Part shown: in pieces, positions 11,067-23,792 of the stretch
Layout of the letters: every line of letters begins with the position of its first letter
Position numbering within the stretch: position 1 is the first letter of the stretch
DNA from: Syncephalis fuscata S228
Taxonomy: Eukaryota; Fungi; Zoopagomycota
Length of the DNA: 64,000 bases
Direction of reading: 5' to 3'
Assembly: GCA_025786725.1 (NCBI GenBank)
Contig: JAHLTZ010000018.1
Location: forward strand, 124,001 to 188,000
The notes under the pieces: model-generated
Told to the model about the DNA's origin: nothing
Seen by the model: the letters and a program-made list of their open reading frames with translations, nothing else
Databases searched by the model: none
Translations under genes and position numbers: made by a program

Positions 11067-13946
11067 TTAGTTATCATCATCGTTTGAATCGTCGCCATCA
11101 TCCGAATCGTCGTCGTCGTCGTCGTCATCCGAACCATCAGCATTATTTTGCTTCTTTGCTGCTTTCGCTTGAAGCGCCGACTCCATTTTAAGCTATCGAA
11201 CCAATCATTAGCATAATAGTATATCTACGTCATTTGTCTTGTAATATGTCCTACCTTCCATTGGTGTGCCATCTCCAATAATTTAAGATTTTGTTGTTGC
11301 GAATCGTCGTCTGGAAAGATGTAATCGTAGTATTCCTCCCAAGCCTCGCCAGTTTGACCACCCGCCTCGTTGTCTTCCACCTTTCTGCGACGTTTAACAA
11401 CCTTGGGCATCTGCTGAGCAACTTGTTTCTGTGTGGCAGCATTACCGTGATGTGTTTCCATTTCACGCCACGCTTCAAGTAACAAAACACGCTATCATAT
11501 AGCTAGTTAGTATACAAAGTACTATAGCAAAAGCTACAATAAATAAAATAGTTACCTCTTCTTTAAGTCCTCGCTGTTTCATACTGTCATAAGCACGTTT
11601 AAACGTTCTACGTGCTCGCTCTACACGTTCAGCCACGGCCGTTTCGTCCTCTTCTGCATCACTTGCCATGGCCGACAGTTCAAAGTGTGCATAGCTGATC
11701 CATACCTATAGCAGTTATTGTGAGTATTGGCAGGCTTATGCTATCATTTTCTCTCTTCACACTTGCCTTGACATGTTCGGTACGTTGTAATAAGCGCTCA
11801 TACAATTTACGTGTATGTTCAAATTCACCCAGCTCGAATTCAAAGTCAATATACGCCTTCCACAATAATTCAGGCATATCTAATGCTGGCTGACTAACGG
11901 CCAATTCAAATATGGCTCGTGCTCGGTCATCATCGCCTAAGGAGCGTTCCAATTCGGCAAATCGTATCCAAGCCGTACAATGAGCTGGATCAAACTCGAG
12001 ATATTTCGTGTAGAGTATACGGCAACGATCGAATTCACGAAGCTAGTCATTGTATAAGTAAGAAATAAATCATATTGATTATGTAAAATGTAAATACCTC
12101 CAATTCCAATTCGATGTAGCCTTTAAACAGTCGATGTTTTGGTGCTTTACCTATTTTATATTGCATATTAATAACTATTTATGTTAATTACATCAATGCT
12201 AATGAACTTACCAATACCAATACCTAGCATTTTTCTGGCTGCAGTAATGTTCAATCGACGAATTTCAAATCGTGCTGCTAATAGCCAAATCTTGGCAAAG
12301 GTAAATTGTTTATGAGGAATTAAACGTATACATTCTTGGTACACTTGACGTGCACGCTCGTAATCCTACACCATTGTAAGTCCATAGTCATTATTAGTAT
12401 ACAGTATATTACCTTAGTCGTTAGCTCTTCATATAAAGCATAGTTAATCCAAAGATAGATGTAACGCCGCCAGTGGCGCTTTTCTTCAGATGGTGGCATT
12501 TGTGCAATAGCTCGTTCGTATACATCACGAACCCGGTCCTGGTCACCAGCCTCTTCCTCTAGTCGGGCATAATCAAACCATGCATCGTAGTTGCGCGGAT
12601 TCTCTTGTACTTGCTATAGCATATAACACAATATAGGCTTAATATTAAACTCATTTATCATCATTTAACCTTACCTCTTCATACTGAGCGCGTCGTTTAG
12701 CAATGACTACATTCTCAATTTCATCCTGATCACCAAATCGTTTCTCAAACTGTGTGTACTGCTTATAAAGCGCCTCAGACTTTGACTTTGGCATTCTTTC
12801 CAAAGCATATTTGTAGATGGAACGAGCTCGTTCATACTAACCACATTTGATTTGTTAATACACCACTGTTAATTATAATAGCAAGATAATCCCACTCATC
12901 GCCGCTTACCTCTCGTTGTTTCGTTTCAAATTTAGCAAAAGCAATTACTAATTTCTGATCCATATGATCATCGCCCAGGAATTGAAATGCATTATCAAAT
13001 ATTTCCCGTACTTGATCTAGTAATGACTATTAATATTATACTAATGCATTTTAGTGGCTATCACCTACCAACATTACTTAAATCTTCTTCAAACTTGACC
13101 CATTTTAACCAGTTCTTTGTAACTGGATGGACCTGAACAAAACGACGATATATGGCACGTGCCCGGTCCTCCTCCTCATATCGCATCTCCATTTTGGCAT
13201 AAGCCATCCAGGCCGGTTCTTCTGGCTGCCATTGCATCCACCGCTCGAATATCTGACGAGCACCATTAACGTTACCCAACATCTCCTCCATATAAGTGTA
13301 TTTCAGCCTATTTGTATTACATTATTGTGCTATTCTTTTACAAACATTAACATTAGCTTACCAAAACTGATCAACGCGCGGTAATAACGAAACAACTCGA
13401 TCGAATAAGTTACGCGCACGATTAATATTACGATGCTTCATCTCCATCTCGGTGTATTTTAGATACAATGCAATATTACGTGGATCAATTTCCAATGCAC
13501 GTTCGTAAATAGAACGCGCTCTATAAATACATTACAATTATTGTTATTATTATAAATATAATTAATGTAATTAATATAAATATACTACCTTGTAATTTCT
13601 TCTTGACTTTGCTCCCAAGCAGCATAGTTAAGCCATGTGCCAATATGAATGCGATTTCGTCGTACCATATCCTCAAATGCCTTACGCTTTTGCATACGAT
13701 ATTCGTTAAGTTCTTCGCGATCTGTAATCTTTTGTCGAGGGGCAGCCACTGCTACTTCACGGAATTCATGTGCTTCGCGCATCAGCTGTTCAGCTGTAAT
13801 CTGAACTGCGGCCGGATTCTTATTTTTGATCTAGAACGATGCTGTAGTTATACTAACCGTATCTATAGCCAAGATACTTTTCTGCTTACCTTGGGCACGC
13901 GACCGCCCCGATCGTACCCACCAGGCACCTGCTGTTGTTGCTCCAT
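11067..13946 (-). CDS. CLF1: Pre-mRNA splicing factor Clf1/crooked neck (HAT repeats), multi-exon
   Basis: [66 protein letters not shown] introns. Confidence 0.95.
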
Positions 13947-13962
13947 ATTGTCTGTAATAACA

Positions 13963-14003
13963 GTAGTAGTAGTAGTAGTAGTAGCAGTAGTAGTAGTAGT
14001 AAT
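13963..14003. repeat. (TAG)n microsatellite
   Basis: GTAGTAGTA run upstream of CLF1. Confidence 0.8.
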
Positions 14004-14187
14004 GTAATAGTAGCAAATAACAAAATGACAGCGTTGTATAAGAAGAAAGCTAGACTGTGTAGAAAAGTGTATTTGAGGTGGAGGTTGCCAAAACTTTTGA
14101 ATCTTGGCCCTTGTGATCCAGTAGACGAACCAGCTTCTTCTCTTCTTCTTTTTCTTCAATTCACGTTTACAGCTATTAAGAATCAGT

Positions 14188-14487
14188 ATGAAGTCGCGTA
14201 TTCTACGGGATATTCGTATTCGATCCGGCGTGTCGGCCGCTGAAATACAACGACAAGCATATCGTTATATTACGCACAACGAACAATTACCGGCGCGTAT
14301 TCGCCATCAAGCACAACTTGCGCTTAACAACTTTCCACGCGACACTAGACCAGTTGCCGTGAATAACCGCTGCGTGATCACTGGTCGTGGTCGTGGTGTT
14401 TTACGCGATTTCCGTATGTGTCGCTTCCAATTCCGTCTTCATGCACTTAATGGCCAATTGCCTGGTGTTATGAAGAGCACTTGGTAA
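14188..14487 (+). CDS. MRP2: Mitochondrial ribosomal protein uS14m
   Basis: [34 protein letters not shown], the S14 signature. Confidence 0.92.
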   Translation: MKSRILRDIRIRSGVSAAEIQRQAYRYITHNEQLPARIRHQAQLALNNFPRDTRPVAVNNRCVITGRGRGVLRDFRMCRFQFRLHALNGQLPGVMKSTW

Positions 14488-14999
14488 TATACACGCCAAC
14501 AATGGGATTTCTTACAATACAGCATTAGCTAATTTGTCCATTAATAAAATTACTACATTATAACCTTTATTACTACTAATACAATTATTGCTGCCTTTGA
14601 ATGGCTATTTATATATACGTTATAGTTATTGGCATATCTTGATATTAAATTTATATGCAGAAATACTACTACTCTACCACAATACTGACTGGCTTATCTT
14701 GCCAGTAGTCGGTTATTTCGGTTAATCTAAAGCAAATCCGATACTACCTTAGCGCTTTTTAATGCTATCCTGTAGAAACTAAGGCCATAAAAGGCATTAA
14801 GATAATGGCATGAATCTAATAATTAATTGCCGAACCAAGGTCTTGGACTAGTATTAGTATATAAACAAGCTATTGAATTGTATCTGCAGCGATAGTTTAA
14901 CATCCAACACAGATGAAAACGCCAACACGACACATTACGCTTAAGTTCTGCCTTTATTGTTTGTTTTTCTTTAATCAGCTTAATTATTTTACTAGTATA

Positions 15000-15569
15000 A
15001 TGAATAGCAAAACGCTACTTACCTTGGCCGTATTGTTCGTCGTATCGTTGCCATCGACGTCCTTAGCCGTTGGATTTCCACCATCAAAGGATTTCAATCA
15101 ATGGTCACCAGATCCTATTGATGCCAGTGCCAATTATAAACTGTATCAACCGTATTTCCATACGTGTCTTGGCCAAACCAAAATGAATCCTTACTGGTAC
15201 GAGTGCTTCGCCAGTACGAAAGAGGAAACCAAGCAAATTACTTGGAAACTCGAGCCTCATGGCGATTACTATCTATTAATTAATACACTACTACACCAAT
15301 GCATCGAAAGAACTACCGATAAAGTGGTTGTACGGACATGTGACGCACAAAATGATAAGCAACTCTGGCGTTTCAATTACGAGAAAGGATATGGCTGGCA
15401 CGAAGAAAAGATTATATCAAAATACACTAATGATAAAAGCGGTCAACAGCTCGACTGTTTAACAAGCCGTGTAAAGAATGAATTCGACCAAAGTGTATTC
15501 GTGGCACCTTGTACCAACAGAATTGGTCAGACATTTGTTCGTGGCTATCAAAATACGGATGGCCTTTAA
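15000..15569 (+). CDS. Secreted ricin-B (beta-trefoil) lectin-like protein
   Basis: Signal peptide from MNSKTLL (ATG 15000). Three Cys-pair subdomains ending QITW, QLW and QTF. Confidence 0.7.
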   Translation: MNSKTLLTLAVLFVVSLPSTSLAVGFPPSKDFNQWSPDPIDASANYKLYQPYFHTCLGQTKMNPYWYECFASTKEETKQITWKLEPHGDYYLLINTLLHQCIERTTDKVVVRTCDAQNDKQLWRFNYEKGYGWHEEKIISKYTNDKSGQQLDCLTSRVKNEFDQSVFVAPCTNRIGQTFVRGYQNTDGL

Positions 15570-15757
15570 TATAAAATAGAGCAATAATAAATATAGCTAT
15601 TATTTTATTTTCATTTTAACCTATCAATACATCTATCAACGTGTTCTAGTTCTAGTATAAACGATTTATTCGTAATAAAGAAATAAATACACCAAAGTAC
15701 TGCCTGCCATACGTACATACATAAAAGTCTTTGGATGTATAAGTTTTTTATAAAAGA

Positions 15758-17013
15758 TTACCATGTAGGTCGCGAGCCATGTTTGGCCATATCAATAATA
15801 CGCCATCCACCGGTAATTGGATTTTGTAAATCTTCTTCGGTTTTGGTAAATACACAGGCATAATAGACACGTTCAATATGATCCTATTGTTATGGTAGTC
15901 ATCATTGAGGCTATATTAGTTTGATACTTGTACAACTGTTTAATTGTTACCTCTTTGCCATGTACCAATTCATCCGTTTTCTTATTTCTAAACAATATAA
16001 TCTCTTGTGTATTAAAGGAGACAACAATCACTGGTATATCATTTTCCAGTAATTTGGCCGATACAAACTAATAGTGCTAGTAATTAGTACTAATAGTCTA
16101 TTGCCTCTATAAACAAATATTACCTCTACATTACGTAAATCAAGAATCTTTGAATCGCTGACCAGTCCTTGTTGGATTTGTGTTTTAATGCCTGCTGTCA
16201 ACACATTAAACGTCTATATACACGCCATCATTAGTACACTTCTACCATATTATGTGACCATCTACATACCGCCTCAGAACACCATAGACGAAGTGTATCG
16301 AGATCGCCGTGCAAATAAGCATCAATAACCTCGGGAATAATAAATTCGCGTGCCTGCCGCATAAAAACCTCAACATTAAAGTTAGGATCAAGTGTTGCCT
16401 TCAAATGAGCAATAGCAATAGCATTCTCTGATTCAGCAAACATTGAACTAAATGTATCGGTAACACGTTCTGTAATAGATCGTGTATATTGAATTAATAC
16501 ATTGTCACTATCCTCGTAATTGCGCTTCATATTAAATATTCCTAACAATGATTACATTTATTATTACCGTTACTATTATTACAATTACAGTGCTTATTAG
16601 CATACCTTGCATTACAGTATTTTTTTCTTTAAAGCTCTTCCAGCTTTCTTTCCAGGCCGAATCTTTATGCATTACTACCGATTCACCCGCTCTATTATCA
16701 TGGTACAATTAATGATCAACCTCATGTATGCTACATTTATAGTATTATCCAATAACTTACTCGGGATTGGCCTCCATTCGACGTGCACTTAATGCGTCCT
16801 GTCCGCTAATCTCATAAATTGACTTGCGTCGGTGTTCCTTTGGGATATAGCCACCGTAGCGCGAACTCGTTTCATCGACGTAGTCTTTAACCTGACCGCT
16901 AACCTCTTTGTAGGCCTTACTTTGTCGAATTGGCTCAGTTGTTTTATCGAGTGTATCCGCCACAGCAGAAGCTGTTTTGTTAATCTATATATGAATGTAT
17001 AAGCATTCTACTC

Positions 17014-17047
<34 letters not shown>

Positions 17048-17604
17048 ACTCTCTATAACAACTTACCGTTTTCTTACTGGCCTGTGCAAATTTTGTATCT
17101 CCAATATCTTTTGCTACGTTACGCATCTTTTCACCAACTACATCGGCATTCTTCTTTACCTCTTCTACCGTTTTACGTAACTTTTCCGATCGAACACTGG
17201 CATCCGCCTAAAACAATAACATACAGTATTTATATGATTCACCGCTTTAACTAACTAATAGTCATTGTTACCTTTGCCTTATCAAGCACTTCCTTTGCTT
17301 TACGCATTGATTCCGATTCTGAGATTTCAGACGATTTATCCTGAAGCTGCTTTACATTTTGCTGGAATTCCTGATTCTCCTTTACTTGTTCACGAATAGA
17401 TTCCATGAATCGTGCCAAAGCACTTTTATTTCGCGTTACTATCCTAGTAGCAGCACAGCTGTTGCCAATACCACCATGGGTCATGGCTATTGACACTGGC
17501 CCATAACCACGGCTTGCCTGACGAAACAGGGACGATCCAGTAGCGGGTGTACCACGCACCAAAGACATGGCCCTGCCGGCAACTAAAAGACGCTGTGTGG
17601 CCAT
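15758..17604 (-). CDS. TIM44: Mitochondrial import inner membrane translocase Tim44, multi-exon
   Basis: Presequence-like N-terminus, SRYGGY, FAESENA, IIPEVIDAYL.GD, LVSDSKILDLR, GWRIIDMA. Confidence 0.93.
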
Positions 17605-18764
17605 ACTGTCAATAATGTATAGTCGTAAAAATAGACGAAGGTGGTGTAGATTTGCTTCTTCTTTTTATTCGTACCATCAATATACAAATAGTAGCTATTG
17701 ATGATCAGTCTTACTATTCACACATTTACATTCACACACACACACATTTACACCCTACAACATTATTATAAACTATTAAATTTGAAACTATTAACTTATT
17801 AATTATCAATGAATGGCCAATATAGCTTGATTTGTATAATTGCATGCTTATTCCTTCTCTATTCTCTCTCCTCTCCTCACTCACACTCATTCACACACAC
17901 ACTCTCTCATACCACTTATTCATATTGAACTGTCTACACCACTATTTTCATTGTTATCCTCTCATTGTCGATCAGGCTTCCTTGATCATTGTTGTTCATT
18001 CATCCATCAAGCCAAGAGGAACGTACAGGCATAAATATACAGTTATATTAGGTACGCTGCACTCAATGTTCAGGTTGTATTTCGCGACAACTACCTTCAC
18101 TGCCGCCGTCGCATACTATCGTGTATCAGCCCGTTGAAAAGAAAAGAACGCGCTTCCTTGGATAAAAAGATCATTTTTATTTTTATACTCTTTATACGGC
18201 ATACTTTGTGGGTGGCTATCTGATCTACTTTACCAGATAGACAGATAAGAAGCGCGGTGTTTTGATTACTTTCGCGTGTATGCGTACTGTATGACGACTT
18301 CAACGCGTACTGTTTCCGATCGCAACAGCTGCTGCGATGATTAAGATGACCATACTACAGCAAGCTATCTAGGACGATATATGAATTACCATTGTGGCGG
18401 ATATTGCTACCGTTTATGCTCGGTCCAGTATATAGTTTGTTAAAGCTTAATACTTAATAGCAAACTATGTATTTACCCATGTTATCGGTCAAATAGCGTC
18501 AGTATTAATAATACCGTCTATCAGCTGTTGCGCTTCTTTAACTACAATAGTTATTATTGCCGTATAAAGAGAGAAAGAAAGAAAGAAAATAGCCATTTAA
18601 TAGTACAAAATATAATAATAGTAATAATAATAATAATACTACTACTACTACTACTACTACTAATGACGGCGGCAGTAGCGACAATTCTAAATACGCGTAT
18701 ATTATTTATTTTATTTCTCACTTACATTTATTCTATTTATTAATACTTCAATTAAAGCGACAAT

Positions 18765-20385
18765 ATGGCCGATCATCCAGAAGAGCTTTTGGACTTTGAC
18801 GAGGTCGATGCTATTCGTACCGAGACGAACGATGCGACCATTGCTGCTCCCAGTGCCGACACTACAGGTGCTGGTAATGGAACGGCCGGTGAAGCAGGCG
18901 GTGAAGCCGATAAGAAGGGAAGTTATGTAGGCATTCACTCGACAGGCTTCCGTGATTTCTTGCTTAAGCCTGAGTTGCTACGCTCTATCGTTGATTGTGG
19001 TTTTGAACATCCCAGTGAAGGTGAGTAGACGCGTATTATATAATATTGTTGCATATATGCTGACAATTCATGCTATTATAGTACAACAAGAATGTATTCC
19101 ACAGGCAATCATTGGCATGGATGTTATCTGCCAGGCCAAGTCAGGTATGGGCAAGACAGCCGTATTTGTTCTTGCTTCTTTGCAACAGGTCGATACTTCG
19201 ACTGACGAAGTTGGTGTGTTAATTCTATGCCACACCCGTGAATTGGCCTTCCAAATTCGCAATGAATACAATCGGTTTAGCAAGTATTTGCCAGATGTGC
19301 GTATTGAGGTATTCTACGGTGGTGTACCTATCCGCAAGGACCAGGAAACACTTCGCGACAAGGCAAAGACCCCACACATCGTTGTAGGCACACCGGGACG
19401 TGTGTTGGCACTAATTAAGGATAAGTCGTTGCGCGTAGGCAGCTTGAAGCATTTCATTCTTGACGAATGCGACAAGATGCTCGATCAATTGGGTAAGTAT
19501 ACTATTACAATATAGCCAACACTTTACTAATACGGCTTTATTGTTTTACTTATTAGATATGCGTCGTGATATTCAAGAAATCTTCCGTGCAACACCGCAT
19601 CACAAGCAAGTGATGATGTACAGCGCTACACTTAGCGATGAAACACGTCTCATCTGTAAGAGATTCATGAATAATGTAAGTAATTTAATGAGCAAATTAA
19701 ACGCAATTAATAACCATTACAATTTATTATTCTTTTTTTTTAATTAGCCGGCTGAAGTCTATGTTGATGCTGAGTCAAAATTGACCCTTCACGGTTTGCA
19801 GCAGCATTACGTCAAGCTACAAGAGGAAGAGAAGAATCGTAAACTAAGCGATTTGCTTGATTCGCTTGACTTTAACCAAGTAGTGATTTTTGTCAAATCA
19901 GTAGGCCGTGCCAATCAGCTTAACAAACTACTTGTTGACAGTAAATTCCCCAGTATTTGCATTCACAGTAAGATGCCGCAAGATGAACGTATTGCACGCT
20001 ACAAGGCCTTCAAGGACTTTAGCAAGCGTATCATGGTGGCCACTGATGTATTCGGACGTGGTATCGATATTGAACGAGTTAATATTGTAGTCAACTACGA
20101 TATGCCTGATGGTCCTGATACTTATTTGCATCGCGTAAGTAATATTGTTTATTTTACGTTTACTATTACTAACCAACCAACCAACCAATCGACTATTTAT
20201 TAATTTATTTATTAATTAATTAATAGGTGGGTCGTGCTGGTCGTTTCGGTACCAAGGGTCTGGCTGTCACTTTTGTATCAAGTGAAGAGGATGCCACTAC
20301 GCTAGACAAGGTGCAAGAACGATTCGAGGTCAATATTACTGAGATGCCCGAAACAATTGACAAGGCCAGCTATATGAACGCTTAA
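18765..20385 (+). CDS. SUB2: DECD-box RNA helicase Sub2/UAP56, 5 exons
   Basis: [50 protein letters not shown]. Confidence 0.97.
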
Positions 20386-20709
20386 ATCAATTCGACTATT
20401 GTTATTGTTCTCTCATTTAATCGAATAAATATCACGATGGCGTAGTGTTTTTGTGATCCACGTAAAACTGTTAATTTACTAAAAACTAGCAAAACAACAA
20501 AAGGAGCAGGATAGTAAATAGTCATGCCAAATTATAGCCACATTATTATTGCTATACCATCATTACAACGACCACATCTATTATTTGCTAACTACTGCAA
20601 TTGCTACTACAGCAGTGTCAAGTGCGTCCATTCTTCTGTTACTCTTTCCTCTACTATTGTTGCCCACTCTTTCATACTGCGCTATTCAGTAAAGTAGCTA
20701 TAGTGTATT

Positions 20710-21230
20710 ATGGTATGTATAGGCCTTGATGGCATTCCATCGATGATAATAATATATAGATATGAATCTAAACAAATCATTTGACTCTCTAGGGTGCAGG
20801 TCCACGTTATCCCTATCCAAAGCAAGTATGGTAAGTAGTCATGGCGGGGTTGCTGTAACATTGTAGATTCAATGTAACCGGCATCTTATCTAGGTCGCCA
20901 GCCGGTGGTTGGTGGGTCAATCCTACAAACTGGAAACGCAATACAGCTATTGTTGGTCTGGGTGTTGCCGGTATCACGGCTCTAATCTGGCGTTATTCTG
21001 CTGAACGCGAAGTAAGTGGAAATGTGCTATTAAACGCATAGCTACTAGTTGAATAACATGGATACAATAGTGGCGTCATACTCCTCCACGTCGATTTATC
21101 CCTTCGATGCTGTGGGCCAAGCAATATACGGTAATGTCGCGTGAATTAATATTAGTGCTGCGTCTATACTGATACACCATCCATAATGCACATTTAGGAT
21201 CCTGAAAACTTTAAAGAACCAAAGCAATAA
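20710..21230 (+). CDS. Small mitochondrial complex I accessory subunit (fungal NUUM-like), 5 exons
   Basis: Spliced product M|GAGPRYPYPKQVW|SPAGGWWVNPTNWKRNTAIVGLGVAGITALIWRYSAERE|WRHTPP.. with one TM helix. Absent from the ORF track. Confidence 0.8.
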
Positions 21231-21442
21231 ATTACCGTTAATTAAACGGGTTTCTTTTTACTTATATTATTAAACGAATTTGTCAGTGCAAAACAAACAA
21301 TGACAGCATAACTTTATTGATAGTGTTGTTAATGAATGAACAGCCATGTTGGCTCAATGAAAGATACCGTGATTACAATCATGCTTTCCTTGTTATCGCT
21401 TGCATACACCAACTATAAAGCCATTTTCAATGAAAATCACTC

Positions 21443-22388
21443 CTATCCTTCGTAGTGTTCTGATCAAATAATTTGTGTTAATGTAAGCTTAGTTTTGTGC
21501 AATCTACTTACGTGGTAAATCATTTCCTGCTACAAATAGACGCTCCACACCTTCTTCGGTAATAATAGCCAGTCGAATAACACCGCCTGATGATCCATCG
21601 CGTGCCATTGCCAATGCCACAGCTATTAGTAAAATATACTGTTAGTGCCATTGTTTTATATATTGATCATTATGTACGTGCCATTCTTTGCAAATTCTAC
21701 ACATTCGTCGCGGGACATGCCTTCCTTAAAGGCAGAGTCACAATAACCGTAGATGTAGGTAGAGCCAGAGCCTAAGATTTATCACTAGTATCAGTACTTT
21801 TGCTATACTGTTAATAATGTAGTTGTTATTAAATATTTACCGCCAATAGCAAACGGCTGACGATGTAGCGATCCGCCTAGAGGAATGCCGTAGACTTGAC
21901 CGCCGTGTTGTGCATCCCATCCTGCTACAATAATACCAGCACTTAGTCCATCTTGTTTTTATAGCATAGCTCTTGGAAGAGCGAGGCGGCGACCCGGGTG
22001 GTCGGTGCTTCTCCATGCTGTACGCTATATCATCCAAGTGTTAGTATTTATCCGCGTAACTACTGCAGTCGACTGCAGTACCTGTAAAGTTGAAGGTAAT
22101 AATGGACAATGTCGGCTACTGCCTGTGTATCAGCCGCAGAGCCTGATCGGCAGCAGTAGATGCGTTCGTGAACTTTGGTTAGCTTGTCAGTAACTCGATT
22201 AGCAATATAGGCCCCTGTAGTAGTTCGAGAGTCAGCAGCTACAACAACACCACCATCGAATTCCACTGCCATGATGGTTGTCTACAAAATGATGCCATCC
22301 ATAGAACATTAGAATATTGAAAGAAAATACCAGATAGCACACAACTTACGCCAAGATTGACCTCGCCTGCTTTAAGTACTGTAGTCAT
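21443..22388 (-). CDS. PRE3: 20S proteasome beta1 subunit, multi-exon
   Basis: GEVNLG|[53 protein letters not shown]. Confidence 0.95.
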
Positions 22389-22668
22389 TGTGGATAGAGA
22401 GCAAACGAGCGCAGGATAGATCTGTCAGATGTACGATGAATAAAAGAAACAAGTGCTGACGCAACAACTATAATTTGATTCCGACGTCATAATAATTAGA
22501 CACACAAATAATTTAATATCAGCATTACTATTACTTGTATTCCGTTTACAATATATATATATCATTGTTGTTTTTACAATAAATAAAGCACAAATATGTT
22601 AGTTGTATTTTAGTATAGTGACTCACTAAACTTTTATGCAACTATGTAAAATTGATATTATGATTGAA

Positions 22669-23397
22669 TTGTACTTTGACTCTTAATTTTGAGTCTTCAA
22701 AGCAAAATTCGTTCCAATTCAGGTCGCACTGTTATGTACAACAAACATAGTTATGATGTTTATTTAACTACCTTGCAATTCGCGAGGCCAATTATTATTG
22801 CTGTTGGCCATGCATAGAAAGATTAATTGAATATTAATAGAAGCCATTGATTGCGATTTTATATTGTTCCACAGTTGTTATTGTTGTTACTACATACAGT
22901 GTAGTTTCTTGCATCTGAATGGTCCCTTCTATTCCCCAATCTTCTGCTGTTGCATTTTGGGCATATTTGCAATGTAAGATACTCGTCTATGGTGACAAAA
23001 AGGTAGGACGACTGGCATTTCTGATGTTCACCATTGTCTTGAGCATTCTTGTATCAACTTGGTAGGTACAGTTTATTTGCCGACCATTGATCAAGCAAAT
23101 GGCCTTCACCATATGCAATAATAATAGATTGAATGTCTTCACCAGGAAGATATTGTGGCGACAGTTGTAACCAAAAGATACAGCATGCTATTGAGGTTAC
23201 TTGAACAAGTGCTATGTAACATAAGAGAAATAAAGACCAGAGATTAAATAGTGTTCTTTATTAATGTTCAAATACGCATGCTATTTATATTGTTATATTC
23301 GACATTATAATATAATATATTACTGAGTAAAACAATAAGATAGCAATAGAAAAACAGAGTGAAATGAGTAAATAAAAATGTGGGAGTCACAGTACAG
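22669..23397 (-). mobile_element. Non-autonomous Fanzor-derived TIR element, copy B, with the longest nuclease remnant
   Basis: Minus-strand translation of 23160-22780 with stops and shifts: IIIAYGEG..FA*SMVGK*TVPTKLIQEC..YLFVTIDEYLTLQICPKCNSRRLGNRRD..NCGTI*NRN.MASINIQLIFL. Ends CTGTACTGTGACTCCCACAT and GAGTCAAAGTACAA. Confidence 0.82.
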
Positions 23398-23603
23398 TAG
23401 CTCCCAAATTTTAATACAATGCTGAACCAATGCTATACAAAAATTGTAAAAATTTTAAATTTTAAATAGAACAGTTTATTACAAAATGTTATTTTAAGGC
23501 AAAAATAACTAGCAATAAGAATCAGATATATATATAGCCGTATAAACAAGATCTGTCAATTGTTTTTGTATAAACTGCAGCAGCATTGGTTTCTGCTGGT
23601 TAA

Positions 23604-23792
23604 TTACATGTGCCAGCCCCAAGTGCCGGTACCATCGCCATTATCCTTGCACTCAAGTTGTCCAACGGGTGGTGTGCCAATAACGCATGGTGTACCGCTA
23701 GTGGGCGGCTTGGTAAATCCTGGAGCAGCTTCGACCGAAACGACAGCGACCAAGAGGGCAGCAGCGGCAATGATTACAGCAGAGAACTTCAT
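23604..23792 (-). CDS. Small secreted two-Cys peptide (62 aa), copy 1
   Basis: MKFSAVIIAAAALLVAVVSVEA|APGFTKPPTSGTPCVIGTPPVGQLECKDNGDGTGTWGWHM. Paralog at 28309. Confidence 0.85.
   Translation of the reverse strand: MKFSAVIIAAAALLVAVVSVEAAPGFTKPPTSGTPCVIGTPPVGQLECKDNGDGTGTWGWHM

Noticed and set aside
18050-18760. Possible snoRNA in the long region upstream of SUB2
   Set aside because: Only degenerate boxes (ATGACGA...ATGA) and no rRNA complementarity I could recognise.
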